From Ptychomitrium polyphyllum (taxonomy: Eukaryota), in the NCBI GenBank assembly GCA_973851085.1, contig OZ316776.1:5952001-6016000 (forward strand): a stretch of DNA of 64,000 nucleotides. Direction: 5' to 3'. A program made the translations under genes and the position numbers. Positions 53,101 through 64,000 of this stretch are shown here, one piece after another; positions within the stretch are counted from its first letter, which is position 1; each line of letters starts with the position of its first letter. The notes under the pieces are model-generated. The model was not told the origin of the DNA. It saw only the letters and a program-made list of their open reading frames with translations, and searched no databases.

Positions 53101-53953
53101 GCTCTGACTTACTGCTGGGGCAATATGTACGGTATACTTGAATCGAGTGGCAAGTTATAGGACCTTGGAAAATACAATGAAGATCATGTGTAATAATTCA
53201 GAAGATGCTGATCAATTAACCTCACAGACAATTGCAATATGATAATCATATGCATAAGCAAATGTACTTAATAATGCAGATGATACTGATACAATCACAT
53301 ACTTTACAGTAGATACACAATTTACCAGATGTTTTGTCTGCTGGCATCTAAGAAAATTAGCTCTTGGTGAAAAAGCTGGTTCCTCTTGCATCTTATCAGA
53401 AGTAGGCTTTTGAAACAAATTGTGCAAATCATAAATAAAAACACAAGAAATTCCACTATCAGGCTGAGGGGTGCCTCTCTGTATTATGTTTGACATTTAC
53501 ACAACATGGATACTACCATAGTCTACACCCATCTTTGCTAATCCAGTTGGGACTATATATGATGGTTCTAAAATTTTCATTCACATAGATAGTCATAACA
53601 GAGATGGTACACTTGCCTGTACATTACTGTAATAGCTACCTTTATGTTTGCTTCAATTTTTAGAACAATTCCATCTGAAACAGCAGCACCATTGTAAGCT
53701 AACATGAAATCCTTCAACAAGCCTTATAATCACCTTTAGATAAGAGAACAAGTCTCAAGATTCTAAATTTGAATATTCATATTAATTGAGATTGTATTAA
53801 AAAAAAAAAGAGAGTATCAAAATAATTTTCTTCGTATGGATACGATTTAATGAAAAATAATTATTAATACTAATCATGTTAAGTTATTATAAATCGTATT
53901 TGTGGGTGTTCCGCCCGAAGGGTGACACATTGCAAATATTAAAGAGTGCTATG

Positions 53954-54091
53954 AAGGTAGAACCACCTAAAGGTGCCCAAGATTCAAAATTATCTACATA
54001 TTGAATTATATCTGATTTTAGTTCTAGAATCTACTACTATCCAACATGTGAGTGATTTTGGATCTTCGTCAATTTTATGTGGTTCTACCTT
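53954..54091. repeat. ~140-bp hairpin (MITE-like or pre-miRNA-like)
   Basis: AAGGTAGAACCACCTAAA... pairs with ...TTTATGTGGTTCTACCTT. About 41 of 53 Watson-Crick pairs by eye, plus an inner GATTTTAG/CTAGAATC stem. Confidence 0.8.
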
Positions 54092-55634
54092 ACTGTGCCA
54101 GGTACTAAATTATGAGAAGTTGTATAGACACTAACCCACACATTTCTCTTGGTCATTACTATGCCAGCATAGTTCTTACCAGACTGTTTCCATGTTAGCA
54201 TCTATATTGATAGTAGCTTTTGATGTCTATATGTTAGATAATCAAATATCGTATATATCTTAAATATATTACAGATTGTAAATGTTCACTATACAAAATT
54301 TCACAATACATATCTCTATTTGCTACGTAGATTTCAAATTTTTTAAATTGGTGAATTAAAAGTGAAAAATATAGGTTGATTTTGTAGCAAACAAAAATGA
54401 AAAATATGCAGATGTAGCAAAAGAAGTATTATAAAATGGTTACTGGTACAGTTACATGTATAAGTTTATGATAAAACAGGAATGGTGAATCTACAAAACC
54501 AATTGTAGTCTTCTGTATATATTCTAATATTTTGGACGTATTCCGATCTTCTCTCCACATCTGAATCTTATGTGCATTGTTTTTACATACCAATCAAACT
54601 CCAAAAGACAAAGTAACCTAGAAACTTTCTAGAGGCACATCCTGCAAGACTAATTTGAATAACATGAGATACTGATCACAATTCCAGGACATATTGGACA
54701 AAAGTAAACTTACTCAGTTGAAGGGAGGATTTACCGTTCTTATACTTGTGTGTGATTCCTGAAACTTACCATTCTGAAGTGCTTAACTTTCAAAGTTAGG
54801 AGTTCTTTTCATTATTTTGAACTATAAAGAAGTATCTCGGAGCCCGTGTTACCATTGAATTGGATTTTGCTTTTATTTCCTTTTTACTTTACATATGTAA
54901 TCTTATACTTGGAACCAATTTCGATCAGTGTGTGACCGGCGGTTAACCTGGTAGTTATGTGGACAAATTTGGATCTTTTAAGAAAAAGATTTAACTGAAT
55001 TTATAACCATAATCCCATGGGCATATTGAAATATTGGAATTTTGAAATATACTAATACTGATGCAAATGTTAGTTCAAGAAAGAAGCATATAACCAACAC
55101 TGAGGTTTCCAAAATTTCATAAAGCTTTGCTGTCATAATTTTTATATTGGTTTTTAAATTTACAGTTGCGCATTTTATAAAAACGAATAAAAAGAACTCT
55201 AAAATCTATCCAAATTTTGATACGTGCATCGGACAAAATTCTAAATAACAAATAAAAATGTGGTCTGCACACCTTACCATAAAAAGTAGGTTAATATTTT
55301 TAAGTTGCGAATGCCTTAGCTTAAACTACAAATGAGTTGTTGAAGGATAAGTTGCATCGATTTCTTCTCTTATACAAATAGATTTCACCCTTTTAATATA
55401 TTGATATAAAGAATTCAATTAGTCATACTTCTATATTAGCTTATCGTTCATATTAAAAAAATTCATAAACATTTTGAAATTAGAAGTTTCCACTAATTGT
55501 TCTTAAAACTATTATATTCCAATGGACAGTGAATTTGTCTACTATTACAAGGCTAAGTACATTTGTATTTCAACTCAAACTTAGAATAACATCCATTGCA
55601 GGAGTAATAAATTGGCATTTAACATGTCATATCC

Positions 55635-55641
55635 TATAAAG
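55635..55641 (+). promoter_or_regulatory. Candidate TATA box of the SOD gene
   Basis: TATAAAA about 80 bp upstream of the ATG; weak evidence in an AT-rich context. Confidence 0.4.
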
Positions 55642-55716
55642 TAGAAACATAATATGATCAAAGGGAAACACCTCAAAACTATTTTGGAAAAAAATAAATA
55701 ATCTGTAAGCATTTCA

Positions 55717-56187
55717 ATGGCTCCAATCAAAGCTGTCTGTGTTCTTAAACAGTCCACAGCCACAGACGTCAGTGGCACCATCTCATTTTGTCAAGATGGC
55801 ACTTCTGCAACAATTGTAGAAGGAGAAATCACAGGATTAATGCCAGGCAAACATGGTCTCCATATCCATGCTTTTGGTGACACCACAAATGGTTGCACTT
55901 CTACAGGGCCCCATTTCAATCCTTCAAATGTAGAACACGGAGATCTTGGAGCCCAAGTACACCATGCTGGAGACTTGGGAAATGTTGATGCTGGGGATGA
56001 TGGCGTTGCCAAGTTTAGAGTTGAAAGTAGCCTTCTTCGTTTAAGTGGAGATAACTCTGCTCTTGGTCGTGCACTTGTAGTTCATGCTGACCCAGATGAT
56101 CTTGGCCTTGGAGGCCATGAACAAAGCAAGTTAACTGGAAATGCAGGGGCACGAGTTGCTTGTGGAATTCTGGGCCTTGCAGCATAA
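55717..56187 (+). CDS. CSD: Cu/Zn superoxide dismutase, cytosolic type, intronless, 156 aa
   Basis: [40 protein letters not shown] and [10 protein letters not shown]. All Cu/Zn ligands, both disulfide Cys and the catalytic Arg are present. No transit peptide. Confidence 0.95.
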   Translation: MAPIKAVCVLKQSTATDVSGTISFCQDGTSATIVEGEITGLMPGKHGLHIHAFGDTTNGCTSTGPHFNPSNVEHGDLGAQVHHAGDLGNVDAGDDGVAKFRVESSLLRLSGDNSALGRALVVHADPDDLGLGGHEQSKLTGNAGARVACGILGLAA

Positions 56188-59161
56188 ATTTCCTTCAGTT
56201 TTTTATTGCGAGGTCTGCAAAGTATAGGTAGAAGTAATAGATCCTAATATTAAGTGAATCAAGTTTTTGGATAAACTAGTTCTTATATTGTATAAAACAT
56301 ATTACAACAAAACTGTGCTTTAGTACAATGTTTTTGTTAAAGTTGTATTTGAATGCATAATAGTTACAAAATATGTAGTATAATGACCTTGGAACAGTCT
56401 AAAAGAATGTGGGGTGAATTTAAGATCTAATTGTCATTCATTTATCTTAATCTTGCTTGAAATATGTTTAAAAAACTTATTCCAATACTTTTTATATAAC
56501 TCATTTATAATATTGATCTACTATAATCCAATGTGCTATCATAATTTACCATTAAAACATAGTAAACTTGTTAGAAATGCATCATATTGATTTGAAAGAA
56601 TCAAAATTGTTTGGATGACCTTTCAATTATTAAAAAATATTTCCAAATATTACACTTGTTGATGCACCCATGGTGGCTATTTTGTAGTACAAATCCAAAG
56701 AACATTTTATTTATTATTTTTTCAAACTATTTAAAAAACTTTTGAAACAATGCTTTTAAAAATTCAATATCTTGAATTCTATAATTTCAATCTTGTGAAA
56801 TTGGAAATATCCAATTTTTTGTATTGCCACCTCTTGAATGTCTTCAAAAGTAATACTATAAGCATTATGATTTGATAAGATACTATTATAAACAAAATAA
56901 ATTAATCAAACAACTTCTTTTAGACATTAATTTTAATTTTTTTGAAAGTCGAACCACAAAACATTGTGGTATGTTTGTCATGGTAAAGTATTTTGTCCTT
57001 TGGATTTTGGCTTTGTCTAGAAAGGATCTTTGTTATATAAAAACCAAGATTAATAAACAATTGTATTTCTCTAGTAAATCCTGATTCACTTTTGTTGAAT
57101 TGGATGCTCTTGCTCACATTAAAATACGCCCTAGTTCTTTAGGCATGTTCAGACTTTTGATGAAAATTTTCATTTACAATTAGATAGTATGAAAACAAAT
57201 AATAAAGTATCTTTTTAATATAAATATTATAAAAAGATTTTTATTAATCATAGGGTTTTCTTCTTATTCTTTTTTCTTTTATTTGAATTCACATTACACA
57301 AGAATGTAATGTTAAATGTGTGACCTATATAGCAAAGAAGTATTTAAATCCATTTTTCTATTTTTTTCCCATGTCATTATATTGTAGGCCTTAGTTTTAA
57401 TGAAGAACAACAAGGCACATACTTCATAACTTTCCATGATAAAAAATGTACAATATGCCATAATATTCTTAGATTGCATGATCATTTGTTACTATTGCAA
57501 TAAGACATCAAAGCCCACATACTCTATTGTAAAGAGTAGTTTAGCAAAGTTTGGCAGGTGGATTTTTTTTTAATTGATTTAATATTATTATCAATCAAAG
57601 ATGTTATAGCCATGCAAGATTAATACATTATCAAATTTTAAGCGCCTACTTAAACCAAAATATATGTTTCCATATTTCATTATATATTAGACTAATCATG
57701 AAAAAAATTCTTGCAAAAGATCATATTTTATATCAATAAGAAAGAAAAAGTTTGCTTTACAACATTTAATAGTTTAAATGCATATAGAAAGTTGAAGTGA
57801 TATTTAATAGTTTAAATGCGTATAGAAAGTTTTGACTATAGAGTGTTGAAGTGATATTTAAGTTTTATCTTATATTATGGAATTATGGAATTAATTATTG
57901 TCAAAAAATGATTACAAATATAATATAATACAAATAATAATTCTTTTCAATTAAGATATAATATAAAAAGAAGTTTCATGTATAGTTTTTTTTTCAAATG
58001 AAGCAATAATGAGGTACCAGGCTAGTTGGTGCATTATCTTATTTATCATTGAACCAAGGCTAGAGGGTCCCAAAACCCGCAAACCAAATCTTATGGTATT
58101 TGAGGTGAAACACTCTATTTGTGCACTTGTGGGAATTTACTCGTCTATCAAAATTAACATTTACTAGTTGCATACCTTATACAAGTACCTATGTAGAAGT
58201 AATTAGGCCAAATATTCTAATTAAATCCAATAGACTTCAACAAAGACACATTTACCTATAAAAGAATTTGCAAATTATGACTTGCTATTAAAGGCTCAAA
58301 AATGGTTCAAATCACAAATTATATAAATACATGAAAAAAGAAACTTGATGGTATGGTTAGACTTTACAATAAAATTTTGAAATCATATAATAAAAGAAAA
58401 CTTTATAACACACTTTCCAATGTCAAGCATAAATTACTGTCATAACATGGAAAGGCATGCTAACAATGTAAACTTAACTTGAGTTGTTTTCCATAAAGAA
58501 GTCTTTCAAGCCCCTGGAATGCCTTCAGTCATTTTTTAAAATGTTCGACCTACACCTCATTTGAGTGGTCAAATGGATATTAAAGGGTCAAATTAGTTTT
58601 CTCTCTTAACACAAAGGTGCTTAATCAAGAAGTTACCTCGTAGAGATTACTTTGTAGAAATTTGCAGAAATTCATTACTTTTATATAGAATTTCGAGGGA
58701 GTGAAATCTTAAATTTTTGTAGTGAGAAAGCTATACGCAGTTAAGGGTTAACTCCACTGCAATACTAAGATTTTTGAAGGTTATTTTAATGCAATCATTA
58801 GGTACTGGTCAATTTCTCAGAAAACCACAAAACCCTCCAGATTGCTGCAATTTACACACAAATGCAATAATTGAGTTTCAAAATTTTAAAACTCTAGGCA
58901 TTGTAACTAGTAATTGCAAGAAGTCCTCAGCGTCACTAGCACACCGAGGTAAATTGTCAGACAATGGTTTTTTGAGCCCTAAATATTCGAGGTATCAATG
59001 TCCACAATCGTCAACGAGAAGTGTCCTATAGTACAAAAAATTTCCGTATGCTACATCGTTGACTATCCTCAACAGACTCCTGCTTCACGCTGGCCCTTGG
59101 GCCAGAGTTACTAGTTCTTGACTGATGGTCGTTAGTCTAAATTTCAAACAACTCGATTTGG

Positions 59162-63775
<4,614 letters not shown>

Positions 63776-64000
63776 CTGTAACACAAAAAGCAAGCATTAC
63801 AATATTTCTAGGTCTGCAAATGTGGGGTAGGGGGATGAAAGTGTTGGCCGAATAACACATCTGCAGCCCGACATTAGGGTTAAGCCATGTACGAGATAGC
63901 CCTTGCCACATTCTGTACAAAACATATAAACTCCTCTTAAATTGAAACAAGCTCACGAGTACTCCTCGGAAACTCCAAACCACCGCATGGCATAATGGTT

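Noticed and set aside
55500..55716. Copper-response GTAC cluster or miR398 site upstream of the SOD
   Set aside because: Only one nearby GTAC (~55557) and no convincing miR398 complement.

Overview
Eukaryotic plant DNA, most likely moss (Physcomitrium/Physcomitrella-like). This is inferred from the chromovirus and Copia families and the gene set, not from a database match. The first ~34 kb is a nested LTR-retrotransposon island. It holds three copies of one chromodomain Gypsy family, relics of a second Gypsy family, four Copia elements or relics, and a GC-rich solo LTR. Three insertions keep exact 5-bp target-site duplications. The remaining ~30 kb is AT-rich and carries three genes: a 3-exon HD-Zip class I transcription factor (-), an intronless Cu/Zn superoxide dismutase (+) and a multi-exon DDM1/LSH-type SNF2 remodeller (-, 5' end uncertain). 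Main observations: (i) a ~1.2-kb tract that is essentially identical between a host Gypsy and the inverted Gypsy nested in it, although it straddles an older Copia insertion; (ii) a Tf1-type self-priming signal, a -1 frameshift signal and perfect heat-shock elements in the Gypsy family; (iii) Copia elements with a half-tRNA-iMet PBS, TG...TA termini and TTAGGG arrays in U3; (iv) a ~1.3-kb degenerate fold-back upstream of the HD-Zip gene and a ~140-nt hairpin upstream of the SOD. All alignments and counts were done by eye.
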